Source: Bdellovibrionales bacterium
GTDB taxonomy: Bacteria; Bdellovibrionota; Bdellovibrionia; Bdellovibrionales; JAMPXM01
DNA: 64,000 nt
Reading direction: 5' to 3'
Assembly: GCA_005808505.1 (NCBI GenBank)
Contig: SYLX01000099.1
Span: 12,380-76,379 of the forward strand
The translations under genes and the position numbers were made by a program. The notes beneath the pieces were generated by a model. The model was not told the origin of the DNA. It saw only the letters and a list, made by a program, of their open reading frames with translations, and did not search any database. Positions 8,689-18,411 of the stretch are shown piece after piece (within the stretch, counting starts at the first letter, position 1; each line of letters starts with the position of its first letter).

Positions 8689-9339
8689 ATGAACTATAAA
8701 GTGTTTTTATTTGCATCGATTGCGGCCTGCCATTCCTTCGGAGAACAGGCCTTCGCAGACGATCTTCGATTCTTAGAATTTAATGAAGGTCGATTCGAAG
8801 TTATGAGGACAGCTGATCTGCCAAGCGAAACAAAGGCAGAAATAGACCGTCTTATGAAATCAAAAAAGCCTGGTGTTGTAGAGATCAAAGATCTTGCCGC
8901 GTTTCGCAAAGCTTTCAGACTCGAAGAAAAGGCGCGGGTCTTCACTTTGGATGGAACTCTTACGGAACCCGTCAGTCTCAAAGGTATGAAGATCTATTTT
9001 CAGAAAAAAGGCGATTGTACCAATTATCCAGATGTTTACCTCTCAGGTGCTTATTCCAAACGTCTTTCTCAAACGTACGGAATTGCGGTCCCGAATTCCA
9101 CGAAGGTTCTTCAGAAAAGTACAGGCACCGAAGCTATAAAGACGGCGATCGGCAAAGGCTTAGAAAAGCAGCTCCAGACCGAAGCAATGACTCACGCCGC
9201 TTCTACGGTCTATTTTCAGCTCGATGGCGAGACCTACTCTCTGACCCCAGGGCTCGGGCAAGGTGCCTTCATAGGTCGAATAAAAGGAAATAAATACGAG
9301 CTGGTGCAGGAGCTGAAGCTTCTCTCGTGCGGCACTTGA
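8689..9339 (+). CDS. hypothetical secreted protein
   Basis: 216-aa ORF with signal peptide MNYKVFLFASIAACHSFGEQAFA. No family recognised. Confidence 0.55.
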   Translation: MNYKVFLFASIAACHSFGEQAFADDLRFLEFNEGRFEVMRTADLPSETKAEIDRLMKSKKPGVVEIKDLAAFRKAFRLEEKARVFTLDGTLTEPVSLKGMKIYFQKKGDCTNYPDVYLSGAYSKRLSQTYGIAVPNSTKVLQKSTGTEAIKTAIGKGLEKQLQTEAMTHAASTVYFQLDGETYSLTPGLGQGAFIGRIKGNKYELVQELKLLSCGT

Positions 9340-9355
9340 GCGGACCTGACATCCG

Positions 9356-9390
9356 AAAACAAAAAGGCGCTCCGTGTTCGCGGAGCGCCT
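9356..9390 (-). terminator. rho-independent terminator for the minus-strand gene ending at 9451
   Basis: AGGCGCTCCG tgttcg CGGAGCGCCT. On the minus strand it is followed by TTTTTGTTTT. Confidence 0.65.
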
Positions 9391-9450
9391 GGGGCTAGTG
9401 GTTAGAGGTCGTAAAGGTCAAGATCAGGGTTAGGTCAGGTCAGGGTCACA

Positions 9451-11565
9451 TTAAGGAGCGAGAGGAGCCGGAGGAGCCGCGATGCGGTTTCCTGGTCCAC
9501 CCGGTGCCGCCGCCGAGTTGTTCGTCACGTAGCGGAGCTGCGGGACGATCTTATCGAGGTCAGCGAACAATCCATCGATCTGTGCTTGAGTCATGCCCGT
9601 CTCCGTATAGGCAATGACGTTCGTTGAAGGACCAGCTGTATCTGATACGTAGCCACCGAATTCTTGGAACGCTCGGGCTAACATGCGACCTTCAGGAGTC
9701 GTGAGTCCAAGGCTATCAAGGTTCACGTTAGCAGGGATCGCGAAGAGACCACCGAGCGGGATGGAACCTTCGTAACCGATACCTGAATCCGAGAAAGTTG
9801 CCGGCCATACGTGACGGGGAGAGCCGGCGTTAGCTTGGCGAGTTGAGATCGCCATTGCAATGCCGTGGGCAATTCGACCTTGAGCCAAGTCACTGCGACG
9901 GATCAAACCACCGAGGAGCGAGTAGCCTGTTGCACGGATACCGGCGTGGCTTCCATCGTTCACGCGTCCTTCGCCGCGCAAGTCGTTTCGCACTACGTAG
10001 TGCACGTTTACGTTCATATCCGAGCGTCGTTCTGCAAGCCAAGTCTCGAGGAAGAAGCGACCGTTATCTTCTACGGTGATGGACCAGCCGTCGACCGTGA
10101 GGAACTGAAGATTATCAGGCGTGCGGATCTGGAAGGAGTTTCCGTTTCCGTAAGTCCAGAGACTGTTGCGTTCAGCACCGCCAGTGATATTCCAAGTGCG
10201 CAAAGGTGCAGCTGAGTTTGAACGGCTCACTTGAATCGCGTTTGCACCAATCCAACGGTAACCAAGAGCAGCGTTCACCATGTCGCGAGTTTCCTGACCA
10301 GTCGAAGCTTGGTATGTAGCGCCTGAACCGATCGGAGTGTTCCAGAAGCTTGTGCTGCTGAAAGGATGTTCGAACGGATCACGTGTTCCAGGAACAGGAG
10401 TGGGTGTAGGAGTTGGTGCCGGTGTAGGCGTGGGAGTCGGATTCGGAGTAGGTGTCGGGCTAGGGCCTGAGCCACCTGCTTCGAAGAGAACGTCGACCAT
10501 GTAGTTCGAGCTGTTCCACGAGCTAGTCGGGAAGACCTCGCCACCAGAGTACGCGTAAACACCGTTACCGCCGTTAGCGCCACTTGCGAGAAGCGTGAGG
10601 TTACCAGATGAAATTGCGTTCGCGAGACCATTTGAGACGTAGGAGTACTGACCGCGAGGTGCGAGGTACGAAGCTACGTAAGTTTGGTTAGCTGCAATGT
10701 CTACCGGATTAGCGAATCGTACCGTGACGTATCCCGGCACGGCGCTGTTAGCTCCGCCCGAGGCACTCGCCAAGCGCGAACCGGAAGCATTGTAGAGGCT
10801 CACGTTGAAGTTCGACGAGCTTGCAACTGTACGATAGAAGCGGATCCCTTGAATGCGTCCCGCTACGTTACTGCGGAATTTTACGCCCAAGTTCACTGAG
10901 CCCATATCGCTTTGTGCGGTGGTCACGCCTGAAGGTGAGTTCGGGAGTGCCGATTGAACATTGGAAGCAACTCCAGGACGGAAAACTACGTCCACCAAGT
11001 AGTTCGACTCTTGGTAAGTTTGCGTCGGCATCACAACGTTACTTGTATAAGCGAAGACGCCGTTTCCTCCACTGGCGCTACTTGCGAGAAGGGTCAAATC
11101 TCCTTTCGAGATAGCGGAAGCCAGTCCGCGTGCTTGATAAGAGTACTGACCAGCGGGTGCGGAGTACGATGCAACATAAGTCTGATTGGCGCTGATCGTG
11201 ACGGGAGACGGGAACATCACGTAAACAAATTTCGGGAAGCCAGATGTTTCTGCGCTTCCAGTCGCCGAAGCGAGGCGAGTACCGGATGAATTAAACAAGC
11301 TCGCGGTGAAACCGCTGCTGCTTCCAACGGCGCGATAGAATCGGATGCCGAGGATTTGGCCAGCGACACGGCTTTGGAATTTAACTCCGAGCTGAACTGC
11401 AGCGCGGTCCGAAGATTCAGTAACCACGTTTGCGGGCTGGTCGGGAAGCGCACCACTAGCGCCAGACGGCATCTGGGCGTGCGCAGGTTTTACGAAGATC
11501 GCCAAGGTCAAGGCAGCCACGGCAACCGTGCTCCGCCATGTCGTACTCAAGAATCTATACCCCAT
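9451..11565 (-). CDS. secreted protein with two tandem DUF4082-like domains, a Pro/Thr linker and an unknown C-terminal domain
   Basis: I chose the start at ATG 11565 (MGYRFLSTTWRSTVAVAALTLAIFVKPAHA). Two roughly 160-aa repeats (LGVKF.S.VAG.I.GIRFYR...NQTYVASY...GNGV.AY...SNY.VDV.F) resemble DUF4082. The PSPTPTPNPTPTPTPAPTPTPTPVP linker lies at 10390-10467. Confidence 0.7.
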   Translation of the reverse strand: MGYRFLSTTWRSTVAVAALTLAIFVKPAHAQMPSGASGALPDQPANVVTESSDRAAVQLGVKFQSRVAGQILGIRFYRAVGSSSGFTASLFNSSGTRLASATGSAETSGFPKFVYVMFPSPVTISANQTYVASYSAPAGQYSYQARGLASAISKGDLTLLASSASGGNGVFAYTSNVVMPTQTYQESNYLVDVVFRPGVASNVQSALPNSPSGVTTAQSDMGSVNLGVKFRSNVAGRIQGIRFYRTVASSSNFNVSLYNASGSRLASASGGANSAVPGYVTVRFANPVDIAANQTYVASYLAPRGQYSYVSNGLANAISSGNLTLLASGANGGNGVYAYSGGEVFPTSSWNSSNYMVDVLFEAGGSGPSPTPTPNPTPTPTPAPTPTPTPVPGTRDPFEHPFSSTSFWNTPIGSGATYQASTGQETRDMVNAALGYRWIGANAIQVSRSNSAAPLRTWNITGGAERNSLWTYGNGNSFQIRTPDNLQFLTVDGWSITVEDNGRFFLETWLAERRSDMNVNVHYVVRNDLRGEGRVNDGSHAGIRATGYSLLGGLIRRSDLAQGRIAHGIAMAISTRQANAGSPRHVWPATFSDSGIGYEGSIPLGGLFAIPANVNLDSLGLTTPEGRMLARAFQEFGGYVSDTAGPSTNVIAYTETGMTQAQIDGLFADLDKIVPQLRYVTNNSAAAPGGPGNRIAAPPAPLAP

Positions 11566-11772
11566 TTCATACCCCCAATGATGAAGACGTACAAAGACCG
11601 CGATGCGATCTGAGTTCAGTCTAGACAAACGATGGGAGCGATCCGACGGTCATTTTTTGGACGAATAATCTCGATTCGAGACACAACTCTGAAGTTGCCT
11701 CAGAGCTAAGGGTTTGCGAGGCTTGCGGCCGTATGACCCTAGGAAAACGCGAGATCTTCTCAAGGAGCTTCC

Positions 11773-12504
11773 GTGCGCGAATTGTTGGGCGCTTTACTTA
11801 TTAGTTTCGGCTTGTGCGTGAGCAGCGAAAAGGCGACAGCAAAATCAGTCGAATTCGTTGACGAGCAGAATCTTCAACTCAGACACCTCGAGCCGGTCGC
11901 AAGGCAAATGAAAGTCTTTTTCCGAGATGAATTCCCAACGAAGATTCGAGTGCTCTCCAAAAAAGGCAATGGACTGTCTAAGTTTGACTGCGCAACCAAC
12001 ACAATCGTGATTGATGAGGCAGTCCCGCCAACGCGAAAGTCTGCAGTCATTGCTCATGAAGCCGCTCACTTAGGGCTTTGTCAGCTGACCTATGGCGCAA
12101 ACCTCAAAACAGAATTTCGATTTCTTGATGAGGGTTTCGCGACTCTGGAGGAGTTTCGTTTTTTGAGGCAGACCGAAAAGTTTCGCGAGCGCGCCTTGAG
12201 GCTCTCGCTTGAGCAACTCAAGATTGGAAATCTCGGTTTTGATCGCGTGTTTGACTGGCGCGCCTACTCACGCGATAGCAGCGGACGCATCAATTCTTAT
12301 AGTTATGCAGTCGGTGCTAGCTTCATCATGATGCTTTTCGATCGTGGAGGCGAAACGAATCTACGTCGTTTCTTTACAGATCTTGGGCGAACCGAAAACT
12401 TTGAAGAGTCTTTGAAGTCAATCTTTCAGATGAATTTGATGGAAGCTGAAAAAGAATGGAAACGGTTCATAATCAATAAAGGTCAATTCGGGGCTTTTTC
12501 ATAA
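11773..12504 (+). CDS. putative secreted zinc metallopeptidase-like protein (HEXXH)
   Basis: GTG start with AAGGAG 5 nt upstream. Signal-like N-terminus, and AVIAHEAAHLG contains HEXXH. The exact family is not recognised. Confidence 0.55.
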   Translation: MRELLGALLISFGLCVSSEKATAKSVEFVDEQNLQLRHLEPVARQMKVFFRDEFPTKIRVLSKKGNGLSKFDCATNTIVIDEAVPPTRKSAVIAHEAAHLGLCQLTYGANLKTEFRFLDEGFATLEEFRFLRQTEKFRERALRLSLEQLKIGNLGFDRVFDWRAYSRDSSGRINSYSYAVGASFIMMLFDRGGETNLRRFFTDLGRTENFEESLKSIFQMNLMEAEKEWKRFIINKGQFGAFS

Positions 12505-12595
12505 ACGATTGGTCGGGCAAAGTGCAGCCGTAAACCATTGTTTACCTCGAACTCATCTTGTGAGAGAACCCCGGTCTCAGGGCTGGAGGAGCAGG

Positions 12596-14530
12596 ATGCG
12601 AATTTTAGTTTTTCTCTTGTCGTTGATGGCGGCACTCACAATCCAAGCGGCAGAATCAACGATACCATCGGTTTTAAAAGACCTTTGCGCAAATTTCCGT
12701 CCCGATGTGCAAGCTGAACAACTCAGGGAGATTTTCTCTGAGTCGTATTTCACCGGCGAAGTTCCTCAACAAGTGGTCAGTAGTCTTTCGGCGAGAGCTG
12801 ACCGGCTAGGGCGCTGCGAGAGCGTTAGACAGCTTGAGTGGAATCCCCAAAAACAAGTTGGGCACTTCGAGTTTCACTCCGAGCACAAGCAAGTCGGCGT
12901 TGCGTATCTTGCCAGCGACTCGCGCGGTAAGCTTTCCTCCTTCGCCTTTGTCCTAGAGTTTCCCGCAGACCGCTCTCCAATGCCTCAAGTTCGCCACGTT
13001 CGTGCCGCAGACGGTGTCGGTCTTGAGACGCGGCTCTATCTGCATCCAGATGGTAAGGGTTTGCCTCGTCCGGTCCTCTTTCAAAGGACGCCCTACACAC
13101 GAGTTTTAGATCTTGATGCGGTGTCGTACTCAGCCACGGCGCAGTGGGCGTGGACTCAAGGATATCACTACGTTGTTCAATCCGTTCGCGGAACGGGACG
13201 TTCAGGTGGTGAATTCGAATTGTTTTCGCCAATCAATGTTGAAGATGCGAAGATCACGCTTGATTGGCTCGATCAACAGTCTTTCTCAAACGGAAACGTT
13301 GGAATCATTGGCACTTCGTATGATGGATTCGCGGCCCTCGCGGCAGGCGTTACGAATCATCCGACACTCAAGGTTGTTCTAGCCGGCGGAGCTCCCACAA
13401 ACGCGAGAACCGATGGTTTTAGCTCCAACGGAATCGTTCAGCTCGTTTTGCTCGATTACCTCCGTTACATCCAGACTCAAGAAGGCCTGCCTTTTAGCGC
13501 GGACTTTCAAGAGAAAGCCCGCATGCAGCTTCTCTCGGAGCCAGATCCCAGCGGGTACGATAACGTGCTCTTTGGGACCAACGTTCGAGAATGGGATCGG
13601 CTTGCTCCTTACATCAATACTCCCGAACATCCCTTTTGGAAGACGCGTTCGATTTTTCATCTCCTGCCGCAGATCACGGTCCCGACTTACCATATTGCCG
13701 GAATGGCCGTAGACGGAGACCTTCCGGACACTCTAAGAAACTTTCGCAAAGTCCAAGCGCATTCTCGGCGTCCCGCAAACCATCACCTCTATCTTGGTTA
13801 CTGGAACCACGAAAGCTCAACGCCCGTTGGGCGAGACCTCGACTACCTAGCGCCAGAACTGAAAGAGAGAATTCCAGCACTTCTCAAACATTATTTAAAA
13901 GGGGAGGCGTTGGGCTTTGAAGATTCTCAAATCTTATTGGTGAGCCACAATCAGCCTGGATTGAAAGCGCACGCACGGCTGCCGTTCTCGAATTTCCCTC
14001 GTCAAAAGTTGTTTGCTACAGAAGTCGGCCAGGAGGGAGTGAAGCTATCTGCGCAACCGGCTTCACCGATGGTTCGTATGGCCTCGTATTTTTATCAACC
14101 GCAAGTTTTTAATGACTTCGCATCCGGTCAGCATCTCAACCTTTCCTGGGAAGTGGATCGTTCGCTCGCTATCTTCGGTGAGCTTAAGTATTCACTGGTC
14201 GTTGAGACCGATGCGCCGCGAATGGATTTGGCCGTCGTGATCTCGAAAACCAATCTGAAAGGCGAGTCAGTTTTCGTTTCCAACTGTCTGGTGGGGGGAC
14301 GCTTCTTATTCGCTGATGGCCGGAGAGAACTTCAACTAACTAGCGACTGCCCGGTTTTTCACAAAGTGGAACGCGGCGAAATTTTGCGTTTTACGGTGAC
14401 TAGCAATTTGTTTCCGCAGTTTTCCCGCGTACTGCCGCTAGGGTCTATCTTTTCGGAACATGAGATCAAACTACGCTTCAACAGCGAGACGCCGTTTGTG
14501 TCGATTCCCGTCGAAGCAAATCTCAATTAA
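12596..14530 (+). CDS. CocE/NonD-family hydrolase (X-Pro dipeptidyl-peptidase S15-like), secreted
   Basis: I chose the start at ATG 12596, preceded by GGAGGA (MRILVFLLSLMAALTIQA signal). Motifs RTPY, GTGRSGGEF and IIGTSYDGFAALAA are typical of S15/CocE. An extra domain of about 110 aa sits at the N-terminus. Confidence 0.75.
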   Translation: MRILVFLLSLMAALTIQAAESTIPSVLKDLCANFRPDVQAEQLREIFSESYFTGEVPQQVVSSLSARADRLGRCESVRQLEWNPQKQVGHFEFHSEHKQVGVAYLASDSRGKLSSFAFVLEFPADRSPMPQVRHVRAADGVGLETRLYLHPDGKGLPRPVLFQRTPYTRVLDLDAVSYSATAQWAWTQGYHYVVQSVRGTGRSGGEFELFSPINVEDAKITLDWLDQQSFSNGNVGIIGTSYDGFAALAAGVTNHPTLKVVLAGGAPTNARTDGFSSNGIVQLVLLDYLRYIQTQEGLPFSADFQEKARMQLLSEPDPSGYDNVLFGTNVREWDRLAPYINTPEHPFWKTRSIFHLLPQITVPTYHIAGMAVDGDLPDTLRNFRKVQAHSRRPANHHLYLGYWNHESSTPVGRDLDYLAPELKERIPALLKHYLKGEALGFEDSQILLVSHNQPGLKAHARLPFSNFPRQKLFATEVGQEGVKLSAQPASPMVRMASYFYQPQVFNDFASGQHLNLSWEVDRSLAIFGELKYSLVVETDAPRMDLAVVISKTNLKGESVFVSNCLVGGRFLFADGRRELQLTSDCPVFHKVERGEILRFTVTSNLFPQFSRVLPLGSIFSEHEIKLRFNSETPFVSIPVEANLN

Positions 14531-14533
14531 GAA

Positions 14534-14554
14534 GGCAGGAGCTTAGCTCCTGCC
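14534..14554. terminator. hairpin between convergent genes (possible bidirectional terminator)
   Basis: GGCAGGAGC tta GCTCCTGCC. There is no clear U-tract on either side. Confidence 0.35.
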
Positions 14555-14563
14555 GATCGCAGA

Positions 14564-15964
14564 TTATTTGTTCTTCAGAATTTCGAGAGTCGTTGGTTCT
14601 ACGCGCTCAGCGCCCGTCACGAAATGACGACGGATTGAGCTCGCTGTAACAGCAGCTTTGCGAGCACGGTTCAAAGCGCCCAATGGGCGGTGAGCCGGGT
14701 CAGCTTGCCAAGGATTGAAGCTCAGATCTTCGCAAGCTTTCTGCTTTTCGGGTGTGTCGAAGTTCTGAACCGGGAGCTTAAGGCTCGCCACCAAAATCTC
14801 GGGCGTGCCGTAATCCAAGCGCGGATCTTCAACGAGTTTGACCTTTGCTAATTGATCTAAATTCTCCGGAAGCGGCTGAATGAAGAAGTCAAAGCAACGC
14901 TCACCCGAAGCAAGTTTAGCCCCGAGATCAAGACGCAAACCATTTTCAGGCAAGTTATCAATGGGAGCCTCAGGCTGAAGTTGCGCGCGCGTTTGGCAGT
15001 CGACAGGTCGTGCGCTGTATTTAACGGCCGTGTCGCGTTTAGCGCTGATACCAGACTTTAAGAGGTAGCTTGCCATTGAATGGTAAGACTCGGTAACCGC
15101 TGATCCGATGGGGCGCGCGAGGGCTGCCGCAATTTTCAACTCCAGAGGAGCTTGAGCTTTTGTCATAGCCATCGCTTTCTTCGCGAGAGATCCGAAGATG
15201 AGCTGTTGTTCAGTAGCAGAGGCCTGCGGGAAGAGAGTCGCAATCGTTTTTTGTAAAATGCTGGGATCCTTGGCGAGCTGCAGGACTCCCGGCATCATTG
15301 GTGCGATAACGGTTTCGCTTGAGAGATCTTCACTATCGCTGCGTCCTGCTTCGCTTAAAGCCTCGCGAATCGCGCGTTCAAGGAAGAAGCGATCAGGTTT
15401 TTTATCTTGCGCTACGATCTGGTTAAAAAGGGCGTAGTCCTTTGCCGAACGAATGAAGAAGCGACTTCCGTTGATGAGTAAAAAATCTTGCGTGGTGCCT
15501 GTGCCAAGAAGATTTCCGTTTGCCGCACCGTCGAGAACCTTGATCGCAAGGCCGCGACCGTCGGGGATGCCGTCCGCCTTCGTTGTGCCCGAGCCGTTTG
15601 AGAAGCGGACGATAGCGTCGAACGTTCTTCCGGGTTGGCTCAAGACACCGACTTGGTATTCCGTCGGAACTTTGTTCGAGATTTCAAATTCAGCCACCGC
15701 ACAGCCGTGACCTTTTGCATGAGCATCACGAGACTGCTTCTCTGTTGCCATTTGGATGTGGAACATGGTTGCGGCTGATTTGAGAATTGAGTCAGCTTCG
15801 TCTTTTTCTTTTTTCTCAAGATTTGGGTGGGCTTCGATGTCGAAGGCTCCCATCGATTTTGCAACACCAAGCACCGACTCGATCGTGACCGACTGAGCGA
15901 CCGCCGTCGAAAGCACCGCGAAGGAACCGATAGATAAAAGCAATTTCGTTTTTTTAGTCTGCAT
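14564..15964 (-). CDS. catalase-related haem protein, secreted
   Basis: I chose the start at ATG 15964 (MQTKKTKLLLSIGSFAVLSTAVAQS). RDAHAKGHGCAVAEFEI and VRFSNGSG...DGRGLAIKV mirror the catalase-core distal-His region and the RFS...RD.RGFA region. Confidence 0.65.
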   Translation of the reverse strand: MQTKKTKLLLSIGSFAVLSTAVAQSVTIESVLGVAKSMGAFDIEAHPNLEKKEKDEADSILKSAATMFHIQMATEKQSRDAHAKGHGCAVAEFEISNKVPTEYQVGVLSQPGRTFDAIVRFSNGSGTTKADGIPDGRGLAIKVLDGAANGNLLGTGTTQDFLLINGSRFFIRSAKDYALFNQIVAQDKKPDRFFLERAIREALSEAGRSDSEDLSSETVIAPMMPGVLQLAKDPSILQKTIATLFPQASATEQQLIFGSLAKKAMAMTKAQAPLELKIAAALARPIGSAVTESYHSMASYLLKSGISAKRDTAVKYSARPVDCQTRAQLQPEAPIDNLPENGLRLDLGAKLASGERCFDFFIQPLPENLDQLAKVKLVEDPRLDYGTPEILVASLKLPVQNFDTPEKQKACEDLSFNPWQADPAHRPLGALNRARKAAVTASSIRRHFVTGAERVEPTTLEILKNK

Positions 15965-16162
15965 GAACCTTCTCCCGTTAATTGGCGGTGCGTGACGGCT
16001 ACTCACGCTCAAGATACCGGCCGTTCACAGGGAACAGGTTTCAAGACCCATACCGGGTCCGCTTTTCGTAGGATCGAAGGAATGCCAGCTGAGAGCCGGG
16101 GGTGTCAAATGGGCGGTCACATCCTCCCCAAAACGGGGCTAAACAATTGTTAAGTCAGGGAA

Positions 16163-16489
16163 TTACGAACAAGATGGGCAGTCCGCGATTACGCGGAGGA
16201 CGGCGCCGTCAACGACTTCAATCAAGTAAACAAAAGGACTTGATGCGTCGGATTTCGGAGCGATTTTGAAAGTGCCGAGCGCATGGGGATCTTCGACTTT
16301 GAAGGACTCCTTCACAATCCTCCAATTCTTCACGGACGTAGAACAACTCTTCTGACCGATTTGGGAGTTGAGTTGAGCTGCTTGAAGAGCCAAGGCACGG
16401 AACTCTTTTTTAATGTCGTGATCAAAGTCGTTGGCGGACGCGGAGTCAAAGGCGAACGAGATGGTTAAAGCTAGAAAAGCGCGGATCAT
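16163..16489 (-). CDS. small hypothetical secreted protein
   Basis: 108-aa ORF with GGGAGGAAG upstream of the ATG. Signal peptide MIRAFLALTISFAFDSASA. CxxC at the C-terminus (CPSC). Confidence 0.6.
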   Translation of the reverse strand: MIRAFLALTISFAFDSASANDFDHDIKKEFRALALQAAQLNSQIGQKSCSTSVKNWRIVKESFKVEDPHALGTFKIAPKSDASSPFVYLIEVVDGAVLRVIADCPSCS

Positions 16490-16609
16490 GGGTCTTCCTC
16501 CCGGTTCGGAACGTCGTGGTGGGGAGAAGATATGATCATAATTGATCGGAGCCTAGATAGAAGGGGGTAGAGCCTGCTCCATCCCCCGTTTGGCAGCAAG
16601 GAAGGAGCT

Positions 16610-17815
16610 CTAAATCTCAAGAGGCGGGGAGGTCTTCTGGTGCAACTGGTAAAGTTTGCGTAGTTGCAGATCGTAGTGATGCGCGATCAGTTTCTTGAGG
16701 TTCTCGCCGATGATGTTATCGATTGGTAAAAGTTTGACGCCAGCTACGTCTGAAGAGGTATCAGGAATTCTCGACTCATTCTGCACGGAGACGGCCTCAT
16801 GCGCAGCTCGGTCATGGCTGTAGTAAATTTCATTGAGCGTGCGATTCGGTTTCAAAAAATAAGGCGTGAGTTTTTGCAAAGTCAGTCGAATCACGTTGGG
16901 ACGGCAAAATTCGTCCGGTCCACCGCCAAGAGATGCGGCTTCAAAAAAGCAGAGATCGCCCGAGGAGGCGAGCACTGCCTGAGAAAACTGAAGTTCAAAG
17001 GTTGCGGCATTGAGAGCTACTTTTTTGAAAGGCGTATCCACTTTAAGTTTGCCGGGATCGCTCTTACTTAAGGCTTTACGAAATTCCGAGACATGTTGCG
17101 CGGCGCTCGAAAGGAACTCTCGATTCTGAGCGAGCATATGGAAGGCGAGGGTGACTTCAAGAAGCGAGGCTTTCTGCTTTAGTGTTTTCGAAAAGTAGTC
17201 GTGTATTGCCAGAGCGCTTTTTAGTACCTCGTTGTATCTGCCTTGATACAACTTTAGCTGAAGCTCCCGGTATTTGACTCGCGACAAGCGATAAAGCTCA
17301 ATACTTGGAGCCGTTGCTTGAAGCGCGAGAGCTGGTTCGACGTACGCTGGGCCCATTCCAATGGCGATGTCAAATTTACGGAGCAACTCGGAATTCTTCT
17401 CGATTAACTCTGAAATCAAGTCTCTCTCTTTTTGGAAATTCGTTTCAGCGCAGAAAACGGTCTTCAGGCAAGAAGTCGGAGGCTCGTAGATCTCGATGAG
17501 CTCTTCCCGGTTTAGCGTAACGCGCTTTCTTTCAAGGTAAGGTAGCTTTAAATTCTGCTCCATTTGCGCATAAATTTGATCAGCGCGTTTGTCAGTCTGC
17601 CTTGAAGCCGGGAGCCGCAGAGTTAGGAGATACTTGAAACTTGCGATTTCCTGTAGGGTGGGCTGAGCTTTCTGTTCCAGAAGGGACGCTAATTCCGGCG
17701 TGAGCGGCTCATCCTTCCGGAGAGCCGCATAAGCTCCGATCAGCACGATAGTGGCGATTGCAAAACCAGCGAACACTAGAAACGCTTTTAAGATCGAAAC
17801 ACTTTGTCTTTTCAT
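16610..17815 (-). CDS. hypothetical membrane-anchored protein
   Basis: I chose the start at ATG 17815 (MKRQSVSILKAFLVFAGFAIATIVLIGAYAAL, an N-terminal TM anchor). The remainder looks helical. No family recognised. Confidence 0.55.
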   Translation of the reverse strand: MKRQSVSILKAFLVFAGFAIATIVLIGAYAALRKDEPLTPELASLLEQKAQPTLQEIASFKYLLTLRLPASRQTDKRADQIYAQMEQNLKLPYLERKRVTLNREELIEIYEPPTSCLKTVFCAETNFQKERDLISELIEKNSELLRKFDIAIGMGPAYVEPALALQATAPSIELYRLSRVKYRELQLKLYQGRYNEVLKSALAIHDYFSKTLKQKASLLEVTLAFHMLAQNREFLSSAAQHVSEFRKALSKSDPGKLKVDTPFKKVALNAATFELQFSQAVLASSGDLCFFEAASLGGGPDEFCRPNVIRLTLQKLTPYFLKPNRTLNEIYYSHDRAAHEAVSVQNESRIPDTSSDVAGVKLLPIDNIIGENLKKLIAHHYDLQLRKLYQLHQKTSPPLEI

Positions 17816-18039
17816 GTGTTCATTTTCCTTCCGCCGAAAATCGATCGCAATGGAAACGCGGGTGAGAGTCTCACAATGCATCTCTTAGCCGGAGCACAAT
17901 TCACGGCATTAAAGAGAATTAATTGGATCAATCGTCAGTACGGAAGTTGCGCGGCCGGTGCCCTGAGCGCGGCGACTTTGGTCGGGTTTTGGTTCCCTGA
18001 TCTAGTGCGTGGCCAAACGCCGTGATCTGATCAGTTGCC

Positions 18040-18294
18040 ATGAAAGCATATACACCGGATAAAGTTTGGGCCGTGACGGCATTCATGGGAACGCCGCAAT
18101 TTATGAGGTTTATCATTGAGCCTGGTGAAGGGGCGCCGCTCGATGCACGTACACGGAACTACGCGTTTCGCGATGAGGCCGAGCAAGCCCTCGAGATGAG
18201 GGGATTCCCGTCGTCAGTTGCACAGCAGGTGATCGAAGATGCCATCTCGATCTTGGAGACCGAAAGCATCCACAGATCAAGTTTAGATATCTGA
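18040..18294 (+). CDS. small hypothetical protein
   Basis: 84-aa ORF with no obvious Shine-Dalgarno and no signal peptide. It is the only sizeable ORF in this gap. Confidence 0.3.
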   Translation: MKAYTPDKVWAVTAFMGTPQFMRFIIEPGEGAPLDARTRNYAFRDEAEQALEMRGFPSSVAQQVIEDAISILETESIHRSSLDI

Positions 18295-18411
18295 AAGTTC
18301 TCACGCTCACCACTCCGTTACGGGGGCCGCCGCAAATAAGGAGAGTTGGCGCGTGACTCTCCAAAATCTCTGCGTTATCGACAGGGCATCTAAACCAGTA
18401 TCGGAGGTCTT

